Made by a program: the position numbers and the translations under genes
Notes under the pieces: model-generated
Told to the model about the DNA's origin: nothing
The model's input: only the letters and a program-made list of their open reading frames with translations
The model's database searches: none
Source: Candidatus Binatia bacterium
GTDB lineage: Bacteria > Desulfobacterota > Binatia > Bin18
Assembly (NCBI GenBank): GCA_963664395.2
Contig: OY761159.2
Location: forward strand, 3,552,001-3,616,000
Direction of reading: 5' to 3'
DNA: 64,000 nt
Part shown: in pieces, positions 18,563-28,929 of the stretch
Layout of the letters: each line of letters begins with the position of its first letter
Position numbering within the stretch: position 1 is the stretch's first letter

Positions 18563-18657
18563 CTGCATCTGAGGATAACAGTTCTTTTATCCCCTCTTGG
18601 GACGTGTGATACCCATTGCGGCGTGGAGGCAATCACAGAACCGGGCTTCTGTCAGCC

Positions 18658-19143
18658 TCAGCCCTGTAGCAATTTGAGCAGAGCCACAACCACCCCACCC
18701 TGGGCAATCAGCGCCCCCATCATCCACTTGAGCAGATCGGATTTGACCTCGGCCATATCAGCCTTGGTCCCCAGGCGCAGGGCTTCAATATCGGCCTTGG
18801 TCCCCAGGCGCAGGGCTTCAATATCAGCCTTGGTTTCTTGGCGCAGGGCTTCAATATCCCGCTGGACCCCGGCGATACTGGTCTTGGTTTCTTGGCGCAG
18901 GGCTTCAATATCCCGTTTGACCCCGACGATACTGGTCTTGGTCTCCTGGCGCAGGACTTCAATATCCCGTTTGACCCCGACGATCTCTCGTTGGATTGCG
19001 GCAACATCGGCTTGGGTGGCAAGATTGGTGTTGAGCAGATGGACCTGCTCGTCGGCCAGGACTTCGGCCTGCTGCTCGGTAAAGCCGTTCTCGGTCAAAT
19101 GCTTGACGAACCGATGGGTGTCAAAGGCAATCGCTTCGGACAT
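18658..19143 (-). CDS. CCDC90/DUF1640-family coiled-coil membrane protein with 18- and 11-aa repeats
   Basis: IAFDTHRFVKHLTENGFTEQQAEVL head, LATQADV neck, IVGVKRDIEALRQETKTS x3, ADIEALRLGTK x2, and LLKWMMGALIAQGGVVVALLKLL anchor. Confidence 0.88.
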   Translation of the reverse strand: MSEAIAFDTHRFVKHLTENGFTEQQAEVLADEQVHLLNTNLATQADVAAIQREIVGVKRDIEVLRQETKTSIVGVKRDIEALRQETKTSIAGVQRDIEALRQETKADIEALRLGTKADIEALRLGTKADMAEVKSDLLKWMMGALIAQGGVVVALLKLLQG

Positions 19144-19174
19144 GGGGCGGGACTATAGCATATTCCAAGCGAGC

Positions 19175-19197
19175 GGGGCAGCCCCGTAGGCTGCCCT
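19175..19197. repeat. GGGGCA-type REP hairpin
   Basis: GGGGCAGCCCCGTAGGCTGCCCT. Confidence 0.55.
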
Positions 19198-19369
19198 ACT
19201 CCCCGGAAAAACGGCTGATATCGATCACCGCGCGTTCGTGCAGACCCTCACCAATCTTGGTACCTTCAGGGGGCCGGGGTGGGTTCTTTTTTGCACCAGA
19301 CGTTGACATGCGAGTGTCTATACAGAGAAGCTCTACTGTAGGGACGTGAGAGGACGGTTGAGAGGCTCA

Positions 19370-20710
19370 ATGCGTATTGTCCAGGTTGTCAACGGTTTGC
19401 CGCCGGAATATCTGGGGGGGACCGAAACCTATGCCGATTCTCTGGCAAAAGAACTCGTTCGGCAGGGCCATGCGGTCTCGGTTTTTGCGCGTCGTGAGAA
19501 CCAGCCTGAGTATCAGGTGGAAACGACCACGGTTGAGAATGTCGAGATTACGCGCGTCAATCATACCGAGAGCAAAACATTTGCGGATAGTTACCGCAAT
19601 GAACGTATTGCGGCCCGTTTTGGGGAGTTCCTGGACCGTTTCAGGCCGGATGTGGTTCACTTCCAACATCTGGTCTATCTGTCAACAACGTGCGTTCAGG
19701 AGGCAGTCCGGCGTCAGATTCCGGTGGTGATGACGCTGCATGACTACTGGCTGATCTGTCAACGTGGCCGGTTTCTGAAACCGGATTTATCGGTGTGCCC
19801 CGGACAAACCGATACCGGCTGTGCTCAATGCTTCAGCCATTTGCTCGATAGAAAAATTTCGACCATTCATCACTGGCTGAAACCAGTTCTCGGCCAACAA
19901 TCCCGGCTCAGAGAGCAGTTGCGGCGTTGGTACGGCAAACACGCCGGCTCGTGGCCCGTCTCGCTTGCGGCCCGGCAACAGGTTCAGACCCGTATGGCTC
20001 ATATCCGTGCGCTGTGTGAGGCGGTCTCGCTGTTTTTGGCTCCCTCGCGTTTCCTGCGCGAACAGTTTGTGGCTTTTGGCGTGCCGGAAGAGAAAATTCT
20101 GTTTCACGAGTGCGGCTTGCAGACGGAACATATTCGTCCGGTTGAGAAAAGCGTGGGGAAAGCGCCGCTCGTCTTTGGCTATATCGGCGTGGTTGACCCG
20201 GTGAAAGGCGTCCATCTGTTGGTTGAAGCCTTTCAGACTTTGCCTCACGCACAGCTGCGTATTTACGGAGGGGAGGCGTCCTATGCGCCCTATCCTGATG
20301 AAAAACACTTTCGCTCCCAGCTTGCCAACTCGCCCCATATTCGGTGCATGGGACGCTACGCACAGCATGAACTCAGTCGCATTCTGGCCGAGGTGGATGT
20401 CGTCATCGTGCCTTCGATCTGGTATGAAAATGCTCCGCTCGTGATTCGGGAGGCATTTCTGGCGCAGAAGCCGGTTATTACTGCCGACTTTGGGGGTATG
20501 CGCGAGTGGGTAACGGATGGGGTAAACGGACTCCTGTTTCAGCCGCGTGATATCGATGACCTGCGTCAAAAGATGAACCGTTTTATTACAGAACCGGATT
20601 TGGTCGCTCGGCTCTCACAAGCATTTCCAGATGTCAGATCAATTGCCGAAGACGCCGCGCTGCTCGAACAACACTATCGGCGTCTTCTGCAGGACTCCCG
20701 GTGCTCATGA
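19370..20710 (+). CDS. GT4 glycosyltransferase
   Basis: MRIVQVVNGLPP, TLHDYWLIC, PSIWYENAPLVIREA. Confidence 0.92.
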   Translation: MRIVQVVNGLPPEYLGGTETYADSLAKELVRQGHAVSVFARRENQPEYQVETTTVENVEITRVNHTESKTFADSYRNERIAARFGEFLDRFRPDVVHFQHLVYLSTTCVQEAVRRQIPVVMTLHDYWLICQRGRFLKPDLSVCPGQTDTGCAQCFSHLLDRKISTIHHWLKPVLGQQSRLREQLRRWYGKHAGSWPVSLAARQQVQTRMAHIRALCEAVSLFLAPSRFLREQFVAFGVPEEKILFHECGLQTEHIRPVEKSVGKAPLVFGYIGVVDPVKGVHLLVEAFQTLPHAQLRIYGGEASYAPYPDEKHFRSQLANSPHIRCMGRYAQHELSRILAEVDVVIVPSIWYENAPLVIREAFLAQKPVITADFGGMREWVTDGVNGLLFQPRDIDDLRQKMNRFITEPDLVARLSQAFPDVRSIAEDAALLEQHYRRLLQDSRCS

Positions 20711-21738
20711 CGCTCTCGCTGACCATTCCGTGCCGAGCGGATGAACCGGACCTGGGCAGCACGCTGGAGAGCCTGTTGACGGCCTGTCTCTCCCCGCAAC
20801 TTCCGGTCGGCTGTGTCCGAGAACTGCTCATCTGCATCAATGGGGTCGGCCCGGACCGGGCCTGTCCTGAGCCGAGTCGAAGGGCCTGTCCGCCACTGTT
20901 GGCGGTTCGGGATTTTTGTACTCGTCACGCCCTGCCGGTACAGGAGATTGAACTTTCTTCTCAAAGTCAACCAGCTCAACCAGCTCAACAAGAGCAGGCT
21001 CACCAGTCTTCTCCGGGGGCTGATGGGGCCTTGACGTGTCGCATCCTGCTGGCGGCCTGGCGGGGGAAACCCAGGGCCATGAACGCCTTGTGGCAGTGGG
21101 CCTGCGGAGAGCTGCTGCTGTTCTGTGATGCCGATGTTCGGGTTGACCCGCAGGCGCTTGCACACTTGTACGCCCAATTGCAGACAGAACCGCAGGTGGG
21201 GCTTGTGGCCGCGCGTGAAACCCCGATTCTGGAGGCTGGGTCAAGTATCTGGAGCCGGATGGGCGCACTGCCGTATCGATTTAACTTTGGCAATGCCGGC
21301 GGACGCCTCTTCCTGATACGCAAAGACGCCCTGAGCGGACCCATGCCGGAAGACTTGCTGCTGGAAGATGCCTGGCTGACGGTTGCGGTCGGCAAACAGC
21401 GCGTGCGTAAAGCCATGCAGGCGCAGGTGTTCTTTGTGCTTCCGCGGACCTGGCGCGATTATTTTGCTGAGCGGGTGCGCGCCGAGGGCGGCAAAATACA
21501 GCTCCGGCGGCAGCATGCCCACTTGCTCGAAAACGGCCCGGTCGCCGAGTATCCCTGGGCCGAGTTCCTGCGCAAAATTCGGATTCGTGAGTACGGGCTG
21601 GCTCTGGTAGCATTGTGCATCCGTGGCTTGGCCAGGGTATGGGCCTGGGGACGTTTGCAGCGGTCCGGGTTTTACACTTTGTACCGGCCCTTTGCGTCAA
21701 CCAAACGCTGGGGTTCAGCAATCCGGTCCCAAAAATGA
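20707..21738 (+). CDS. GT2-like glycosyltransferase containing an in-frame palindromic insertion
   Basis: GKPRAMN, LLFCDADV, LLEDAWL; ACPEPSRR insert at 20858-20891. Confidence 0.8.
   Translation: MTLSLTIPCRADEPDLGSTLESLLTACLSPQLPVGCVRELLICINGVGPDRACPEPSRRACPPLLAVRDFCTRHALPVQEIELSSQSQPAQPAQQEQAHQSSPGADGALTCRILLAAWRGKPRAMNALWQWACGELLLFCDADVRVDPQALAHLYAQLQTEPQVGLVAARETPILEAGSSIWSRMGALPYRFNFGNAGGRLFLIRKDALSGPMPEDLLLEDAWLTVAVGKQRVRKAMQAQVFFVLPRTWRDYFAERVRAEGGKIQLRRQHAHLLENGPVAEYPWAEFLRKIRIREYGLALVALCIRGLARVWAWGRLQRSGFYTLYRPFASTKRWGSAIRSQK
20858..20891. repeat. In-frame REP/RPE-like element (reads ACPEPSRR on +; PSTRLRTG/PFDSAQD on -)
   Basis: GGGCCTGTCC-TGAGCCGAGTCGAA-GGGCCTGTCC: a 10-bp direct repeat with 24-bp period. 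Confidence 0.65.
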
Positions 21739-22556
21739 AGGTCTCGGTTGTCATCCTGGTTTGGAATTCTGCGTCTACGATTGAGACCTGTCTGGCCTCG
21801 CTGCCTGCCGGTTTGACGGTCAGCCACGAGGTGATTGTGGTGGATAATGGCTCACAGGATCAGACGGTGTCCTTGTTGAGAGGCCGCTTCCCGCAGGTCC
21901 GTATTATTGCGAATCGGAAAAACCGTGGGGTTGCGCCTGCGCGGAATCAGGGCCTGCGCTGCGCGCGCGGAGAATACGTCCTCATCCTGGATGACGATAC
22001 GATTATTCACCCCAGCGCGTTGGACCGGCTCGTTCAGGTGCTCGACTCCCAGCCGCAGGTTGGTCTGTGCGGCCCCAAACTCATTGATGCCGAGGGGCGG
22101 CTCAGTCTGTCGTGTCGCCTGTTTCCGACGCTCCCGGACAAACTCGGGCGTCGTTTTCCGTCCGTTCTCACCCGTAAGGCTGCCCGTCAAATAGAGTTGG
22201 CCGAGTTGGCGGACTGGGCGCATGATACGCTGCGTCCGGTTGACTATGTGATTGGTGCCTGCCAACTCATCCGCCGGCGGGCGCTTGAGGAGGTCGGCTT
22301 GCTGGACGAACGCATCTTTTACGGCCCGGAAGACGTGGATTTGTGTGTGCGTATGTACCAGGCCGGCTGGCAGGTGGTGTACCAGCCGGCTGCGGTGGTG
22401 ACGCATGCCGAGCAACGCCGCGCCCGGTCAGCCTTCTCGCGTCTGGGCTGGAAACATCTGCGCGGCCTTGCCTACTACTTCTGGAAGCATAGGTATATAT
22501 TCTCTCGTCAGACCCTGTACGCGCGATTTCCAAACGAGCAGAGTGACACGCTGTGA
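21735..22556 (+). CDS. GT2 glycosyltransferase (WbbL/rhamnosyltransferase-like)
   Basis: MKVSVVILVWNS, VDNGSQD, ILDDD, VIGACQL, YGPEDVDLC. Confidence 0.9.
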   Translation: MKVSVVILVWNSASTIETCLASLPAGLTVSHEVIVVDNGSQDQTVSLLRGRFPQVRIIANRKNRGVAPARNQGLRCARGEYVLILDDDTIIHPSALDRLVQVLDSQPQVGLCGPKLIDAEGRLSLSCRLFPTLPDKLGRRFPSVLTRKAARQIELAELADWAHDTLRPVDYVIGACQLIRRRALEEVGLLDERIFYGPEDVDLCVRMYQAGWQVVYQPAAVVTHAEQRRARSAFSRLGWKHLRGLAYYFWKHRYIFSRQTLYARFPNEQSDTL

Positions 22557-23980
22557 AACTCGTACACCGGTTACGACGAAGAAATGACCAGGCCGTTCTG
22601 TTGCTGCTTGTGCTGGCCGACCTGGCGTGGGCCGGCATTGCGTATGGGAGTGCCTTTTCCCTGCGCGTCTATCTGCCCTTTCCGTTGACGGCCGATCTCC
22701 TGCCGGCGTCCCGTTTTACCGAGGTCACTCACCCGTTCCTTTTTCTCCTGGGTACGCAGGTTGCGTTACTGTATTTTTTCGGCTTTTACGACCGGCCGGT
22801 ACTCAGCCCCCGCGCCCGTCTGGCGACGCGGGTGGCGACCGCCCTTGGGGTCCAACTGCTGGCCACCGCGTCCTGGTATTTTTTTCGCGGTGACCTGTCC
22901 TTCCCGCGCTCCGTCCTGGTTGTCTTTTGGGTATTTAATACCCTGGGCGTTGTTGGGGTGCGGCTCTGGGTGCAGCAGCGTCTGGGGCAATCCAGTCCGG
23001 TGCGTATCCTGCTGATTGGCACGGCGCGGGACGTGCGGATGTTTCTCACCAGCCTGACGGACCTCCGCCCGTTTCCAAGCCCGGCTGTTGTTGGCGCAAT
23101 CGGGTTGGAGGAATCCGCCTGTCATCCGCCTGAAGAGGTGGGTATTCCGTGGCTGGGCAGGATGGATCATCTGCCCCGGATTCTCGAACAGATAGAGGTC
23201 GATGAGGTGATTCTCCTGTCGCCCACAAGTTGGAAGGATACGCTGGTTGATCGGCTGTTGAATCTGCCGACCGGCCACCTGGCATCCGAACGCCCGCGCG
23301 TACTGGTGGTCCCCTCGGTCTATGACATTCTGGTCGGGCGCGTTTCGTCCGTGCGTCTGCACGATGTCCCCCTGGTCGAGGTGCTGAAAAATCCGCGTGA
23401 AGAAATGGCCTTTCTCCTGAAAAGTGTCAGCGATCGTTTTGCCGTCGGCGTCCTGCTGGTCCTGTGTTTGCCGCTGGTATGTGTGGCCGCCGGCCTGGTC
23501 AAGCTCTCGTCGTCAGGACCGATGCTGTACCGGCAACGCCGGGTGGGGAGACATGGAAAAGAATTTACCCTGTATAAACTGCGCACGATGGTCCATGAGG
23601 CCGAAGCCCGGACCGGACCGGTGCTGGCCCGCTCGGATGATAACCGGGTGACGCCGGTTGGTCGTCTGCTGCGTGCCACCCGGATTGACGAAATCCCTCA
23701 GCTCTTCAATGTCCTCAACGGCTCCATGAGTCTGGTCGGCCCCCGCCCGGAGCGGCCTGAATTCGTGGCCGAGTTTCAGCAGACTATTCCCGGTTATGCG
23801 GAACGCTTGCAGGTCAAACCGGGCCTGACCGGTCTGGCCCAGGTCAACGGGGGATACCACACCACGCCCGAGTATAAGCTGAAATACGATTTGGCCTATA
23901 TCTATAATTATTCGCTGTGGTTGGACGTCCGGGTGTTGACGGAGACAGTCAAGGTCATCCTGACCAAGCGGGGCGTATAG
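22553..23980 (+). CDS. Undecaprenyl-phosphate sugar-1-phosphate transferase (WcaJ/WbaP family priming enzyme)
   Basis: N-terminal TMs; YKLRTM, RIDEIPQLFNVLNGSMSLVGPRPE, KPGLTGLAQV. Confidence 0.93.
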   Translation: MKLVHRLRRRNDQAVLLLLVLADLAWAGIAYGSAFSLRVYLPFPLTADLLPASRFTEVTHPFLFLLGTQVALLYFFGFYDRPVLSPRARLATRVATALGVQLLATASWYFFRGDLSFPRSVLVVFWVFNTLGVVGVRLWVQQRLGQSSPVRILLIGTARDVRMFLTSLTDLRPFPSPAVVGAIGLEESACHPPEEVGIPWLGRMDHLPRILEQIEVDEVILLSPTSWKDTLVDRLLNLPTGHLASERPRVLVVPSVYDILVGRVSSVRLHDVPLVEVLKNPREEMAFLLKSVSDRFAVGVLLVLCLPLVCVAAGLVKLSSSGPMLYRQRRVGRHGKEFTLYKLRTMVHEAEARTGPVLARSDDNRVTPVGRLLRATRIDEIPQLFNVLNGSMSLVGPRPERPEFVAEFQQTIPGYAERLQVKPGLTGLAQVNGGYHTTPEYKLKYDLAYIYNYSLWLDVRVLTETVKVILTKRGV

Positions 23981-23982
23981 GA

Positions 23983-25260
23983 GTGGCCCCAGCGCAATGT
24001 CAGCCGCAACGGTGGCAGTGGGAGGAATCTCTCCGGGCCGGCCTGCTGGTCCTGTTCTTTGCAACCTGGAATCTGCCCATTGCCTTTCAGCAAACCGCGC
24101 TGGGCTGTCTGCTGGCCTTCCTGGGCTATACGCTGTGGCAGACTCGGGCTCTTCCCCGGACTCCGTTGCAGCGGCCCTTCTTGTTTTTTTTGGGTGCCCT
24201 CCTGGTCTCAACGGTCTTGAGCCCTGACCCGTTTCAGTCCCTCCTCGCGTATCGGAAACTGTGGCTCATGGGCGGCTGTCTGGCGGTCTTTGTGCTGGTC
24301 CGGGACAGGCGGGAGGTGGAAAAAGTGCTGACCGTGGCGCTCTGGGTGGCCGGCGTGGTGGCCGCGTACAGCATTGTGCAGCATTTTAGCGGGCTTGATC
24401 TGGCCAAAACCCTGGTTGGCAAAGAGTCGAATCTCGATCCGTTCTGGTTTGGCCGCCAGGAAGGCTACCGGGTGAAAGGGCTGCATCCGTCCGGGATTAC
24501 CTATGCGCATGCCCTGCTCTTTCCGCTCGGCCTGATCACCGCCTGGGGACTGTCTCCCCGGCTGCCCAAAGCGCAGCGCCTCCTGCTTGGGGTGGGGTGG
24601 GCGCTCATGCTGTTTGCCCTGTTTTTCTCCCTCACACGCGGAGTCTGGGTCGCCTACGGCGTGCTGCTGCTGCTGTGTGGGCTGGTGCGGGGCCGCCGCG
24701 CCTGGCTGGTTGGCGGCGTGGCGGTGTGCGGTCTGATCTTCGTCAGTGCCGGGCCGGGGGTGCGCGAACGTGGCCTCTCGATCCTGGACTTTCAGGCCAA
24801 TACCGGCCGCAGCCAGATCTGGCTGGCGAATATGGATATGATCAAAGAACGTCCGCTCACCGGCTGGGGGTTTGGGAACTACAGGCAGTTTCGGGAGGAT
24901 TTTTATCAGCGCTATCCCGACGCGGACACGGATGCGCACGCGCACAATAATTTTCTTCAGATGTGGGTTGATGCCGGTCTTATCGGCCTGGTGGCATTTC
25001 TCTTTCTGGTCGGCTCGATTATCGTAATGGGCTGGCGTGCCTATGCGAGACAACGCGCCGAGCCGCTGAAAAGCCTGACCTTGGGCTGCTGGCTCGGCCT
25101 GGTCGGTTTTCTGATTGGCGGCCTGACCCAGTATAACTGGGGGGATGCCGAAGTCGCGCTGGTGTGGTGGGCGCTGGTCGGGCTGATGATGCGGGTGTCA
25201 AATTTTGTTGAGGAGACTGAAAAAAGGGCCTTGTCAGAGACAGCCGCCCCGATAAGCTGA
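23983..25260 (+). CDS. waaL: O-antigen ligase family protein
   Basis: Many TMs; SLTRGVW, R..IW....DMIKERPLTGWGFGNY, HAHNNFLQ. Confidence 0.82.
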   Translation: MAPAQCQPQRWQWEESLRAGLLVLFFATWNLPIAFQQTALGCLLAFLGYTLWQTRALPRTPLQRPFLFFLGALLVSTVLSPDPFQSLLAYRKLWLMGGCLAVFVLVRDRREVEKVLTVALWVAGVVAAYSIVQHFSGLDLAKTLVGKESNLDPFWFGRQEGYRVKGLHPSGITYAHALLFPLGLITAWGLSPRLPKAQRLLLGVGWALMLFALFFSLTRGVWVAYGVLLLLCGLVRGRRAWLVGGVAVCGLIFVSAGPGVRERGLSILDFQANTGRSQIWLANMDMIKERPLTGWGFGNYRQFREDFYQRYPDADTDAHAHNNFLQMWVDAGLIGLVAFLFLVGSIIVMGWRAYARQRAEPLKSLTLGCWLGLVGFLIGGLTQYNWGDAEVALVWWALVGLMMRVSNFVEETEKRALSETAAPIS

Positions 25261-25270
25261 AACGTGACGC

Positions 25271-27059
25271 ATGCAACGTCTGTGGGGCTATATTTATCAA
25301 TACCGGTATCGGTATTTGCGAGGAATCGCATGTCTCGTTATGACGGCTACCCTGGCCATGTCCATCCCGTGGCTGCTCAAGCAGGCGGTCGAAGGGATCG
25401 AGCACGGCCGGCCGTTCAGCGAGGTCTCGTCTACGGTGCTGCTCATTATCGGGATTGCCCTGCTACAGGGTGTTGTCCGCTCCTTTTCGCGCTTTCTCAT
25501 CTTCAACGTTGGGCGTGATATCGAGTACCAACTCCGCAACGAGCTGTTTGCCCATTTGCAGACCCTCTCCCTGAGCTATTACCAGCGCCAGCCCATTGGC
25601 GACCTCATGTCACGCCTGGTCAATGACGTGACCGCGGTGCGTCTGCTGCTCGGCCTGGGCATCATTAACATCCTGAATACCCCCCTGTATTACGTGTATG
25701 CCATGTCGGCCATGCTGGCCATGGACCCGGTCCTGACCCTGTTGGCGGTGGCTCCCTATCCCTTCATGTTTCTGCTGGTCAGAACGATGAGCCGCCAACT
25801 CATGGAGCGAACGCTCAACGTCCAGGCCGGTCTCGCCGACCTGTCGAGTCGCGTCCAGGAAAGCGTCAGCGGCATCCATGTCATTCGGGCCTATGTGCGT
25901 GAGGCGTGGCAGAATGACGTGTTTGCCAGGCTGAATGACGGCTTCAAGACTGAGAGTATCGCCCTGGCGCGCATCCGCGGCCTGTTTCCGCCGCTGATGA
26001 AAGGCGTGTCCGGAACGGGGCTGTGCGTGGTGTTATGGTACGGCGGCTCAAAAGTCATTGCCGGTCAGCTCAGTCTGGGTGACCTGGTTGCGTTTATGGG
26101 CTATCTCCACCTGCTGGCCTGGCCGACCATGGCTATGGGCTGGCTGATCTCCCTCTATCAGCGTGGCAAGGCCGCCATGCAGCGCCTGGAGGTGATTTGG
26201 CAAACCCAGCCTGACCTCGTAGACGGCACGGGGAACGGCGTGCGTCCGGAGTGCACACCCGGTGCGCGGCGAGATTGGGTTTCGGCACGTGGATTTTGCC
26301 TATCCGTCCGACGGGCAGCAGCCGGGCAGTGGCATGGGCAACGGACATCCATCTGACCGGCGCCCCGTCCTGCACGATATTACGTTCACTGTCCCGGCCG
26401 GAAAAACGGTTGCCATTGTCGGTCGTATGGGAGCGGGCAAGAGTAGCCTGGTCAATCTGCTGCCGCGTTTGTTCGATGTCTCACACGGCGCTATCACTAT
26501 TGACGGCCGCGATATTCGGCTCTTCTCACTGGCCGAGCTCCGGCGCTGTATCGGTTTTGTGCCCCAGGAGCCTTTTCTCTTTTCGACCCGCATTCAGGAT
26601 AATATTGCCTTTTCTCAACCTGAGGTAGAAGTCGCCGGCGTCCGCCGGGCGGCTGCCTTGGCGAGTGTTGACGGCGAGGTTGAGGAGTTGCCCAAAGGCT
26701 ATGAGACCGTCATTGGTGAGCGGGGGATGACGCTGTCGGGCGGGCAAAAGCAGCGCCTGACGCTGTCTCGGGCCTTATTGGCTGACACGCCTATACTCGT
26801 CCTGGATGACGCACTGTCCAGTGTGGATACGAAAACCGAGCGTGATATTCTCCAGGCGTTACGGACCGGTACCACGGAAAAGACGGTGCTCATCATTTCG
26901 CACCGGGTGTCTGCCGTACGCGATGCCGACCTCATCGTCGTCCTGGACGAGGGCCGGGTCGTCGAGAGGGGAACGCACGCGGACTTGGTCGATCAGGGGG
27001 GGATCTATACCGAATTATTTCAATATCAGGCCCTGGAAGAGGAACTGGCTGAACTGTGA
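25271..27059 (+). CDS. ABC exporter TMD-NBD subunit A (MsbA/YheI-like), frameshift near 26255
   Basis: TMD in ORF 25271-26356 and NBD (GRMGAGKS, LSGGQKQR, LDDALSSVD) in ORF 26262-27059; joined by removing one base. Confidence 0.88.
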
Positions 27060-28867
27060 ACGAAGGACAACACGAAGCCGCGCTCGGCAAAACCTATGAC
27101 CTGGCGCTCTTGCGCCGCCTGTGGGGCTATGTCCAGCCGTACCGCGCTAAATTCATTATCGCTTTGGTCTGTCTGCCGCTGACCTCTGCCTGTCTCCTGG
27201 CCCAACCGTATCTCCTCAAGTTGGGCGTGGATTGGTATATTGAGCAGGGTGATGCCGCGGGGCTGACGCGCATTGGTCTGCTCTTTGCCGGCGCTTTGCT
27301 CGGGGAGTTTCTTTTCTTCTACGTGCAGTTCCAGGCCACGATGCTGGTCGCCCAGCACAGCCTGGCCGATTTGCGGCGTGACCTGTTTGCCCACGTGCAG
27401 GAACTGCCTTCGAGCTTTTTTGAGCGCACTCCGGTCGGTCGTCTGGTCACCCGTCTGACCACTGATGTGGATGCGATTAACGAAGCGTTTTCTGCCGGGA
27501 CGCTGACCATCTTCATGGACCTCCTGACCTTGACTGGCATTGTCGTCATTATGCTGTCCATCGATTTTCATCTGGCGGTCGTGACGCTGGCCTTACTGCC
27601 GCCCCTGTTGATTGCCCTTAATTTTTTTCGCGTGCGGACGCGGGTGACGTATCGGGTCATCCGGGCCCGCCTGGCGCGCATCAACGCTTTTCTTCAGGAA
27701 ACATTGTCCGGGATCATGGTCGTGCAGGTGTTTGCGCAGGAACGAAAAATGTTTGCCGAGTTTGACCAGCGCAACAGCGATCATCGCGATGCCAACCACT
27801 TGTCCAATATTTATGAGGCCAGTCTGTTTTCCATTGTTGAGGCAATGAGTGTCGTCTCTATTGCGCTCATGCTGTGGTATGGCGCCGGCCAGGTCGGCCA
27901 GGGCCTGGTCGCCCTGGGGACGCTGGTGGCTTTTATCGAATACATCCAGAAGTTCTTTGTGCCTATCCGGGAATTCAGTACAAAATACACGACCATGCAG
28001 TCTGCCATGACGGCCATTGAGCGCGTGTTTCAACTGCTTGACACGCCGGTGACTATTACGTCTCCGCAGGCTGCGTATCAGCCGCCCGAGGTGACGGGAC
28101 GCATAGAATTTGACCACGTCTGGTTTGCGTACACACAAGAGGAGTGGGTGCTGCGGGACGTGTCATTCTCGGTTGCCCCCGGTGAGAGTATTGCCCTGGT
28201 CGGGGCGACCGGCGCCGGCAAGACCACGATCAGCAAGCTGCTCAATCGCTGTCATGACATTCAGCGCGGCCGGATACTGGTGGAGGGCGTAGACATTCGC
28301 GCGTGGGATGTGCACGCCCTGCGCAGCCGGATTGGCGTTGTTTTACAGGACGTCTTCCTGTTTGTTGGCGATGTGGCAACCAATATGAGCCTGGGCCGGA
28401 CCGACCTGGCCCTGGACGACTTGAAGCGCGCCGCGCGGCATGTGAATGCCGCGCACTTTATTCGTGAACTGCCAAACGGCTATCACCAACATCTGTATGA
28501 GCGGGGCGCTAACCTGTCTGCCGGCCAGCGCCAGCTTTTGTCGTTTGCCCGCGCCTTGGCGTATGACCCGGCCATCCTGGTATTGGATGAAGCCACCTCA
28601 AGCGTTGACCCGGAGACCGAAGTGCTCATTCAGGATGCGCTGACGAAGCTGATGCGGAACCGCACGACGCTGGTGATTGCGCATCGATTCTCCACGATTC
28701 GGAATGCCGATCGCATATTAGTCATACACAAGGGGAAGCTGCGAGAAGTCGGCACCCATCAGGAATTGATGCTGCAACGCGGCATCTACTGGCGCTTATA
28801 CCAGTTGCAGTACGCGCGCAGGGTCGATACCCCACAGCCGGGTGGATCTGTCCTGGAAGAAGCCTAA
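27056..28867 (+). CDS. ABC exporter TMD-NBD subunit B (heterodimer partner)
   Basis: GATGAGKT, LSAGQRQ, LDEATSSVD, IAHR. Confidence 0.92.
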   Translation: MNEGQHEAALGKTYDLALLRRLWGYVQPYRAKFIIALVCLPLTSACLLAQPYLLKLGVDWYIEQGDAAGLTRIGLLFAGALLGEFLFFYVQFQATMLVAQHSLADLRRDLFAHVQELPSSFFERTPVGRLVTRLTTDVDAINEAFSAGTLTIFMDLLTLTGIVVIMLSIDFHLAVVTLALLPPLLIALNFFRVRTRVTYRVIRARLARINAFLQETLSGIMVVQVFAQERKMFAEFDQRNSDHRDANHLSNIYEASLFSIVEAMSVVSIALMLWYGAGQVGQGLVALGTLVAFIEYIQKFFVPIREFSTKYTTMQSAMTAIERVFQLLDTPVTITSPQAAYQPPEVTGRIEFDHVWFAYTQEEWVLRDVSFSVAPGESIALVGATGAGKTTISKLLNRCHDIQRGRILVEGVDIRAWDVHALRSRIGVVLQDVFLFVGDVATNMSLGRTDLALDDLKRAARHVNAAHFIRELPNGYHQHLYERGANLSAGQRQLLSFARALAYDPAILVLDEATSSVDPETEVLIQDALTKLMRNRTTLVIAHRFSTIRNADRILVIHKGKLREVGTHQELMLQRGIYWRLYQLQYARRVDTPQPGGSVLEEA

Positions 28868-28929
28868 CGGGGCGGCTATGGGAGTGCGGCGCTGGGTCCT
28901 GAAATGAGTAAACGTGTCCTCAATAAGAC

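Noticed and set aside
845-26262. Isolated frameshifts (~845, ~1207, ~4790, ~5200, ~7960, ~26255) as programmed frameshifting or phase variation
   Set aside because: No slippery heptamers or long homopolymers at these sites, and the genes are otherwise intact. Long-read consensus errors are the simpler explanation; reads are needed to decide.
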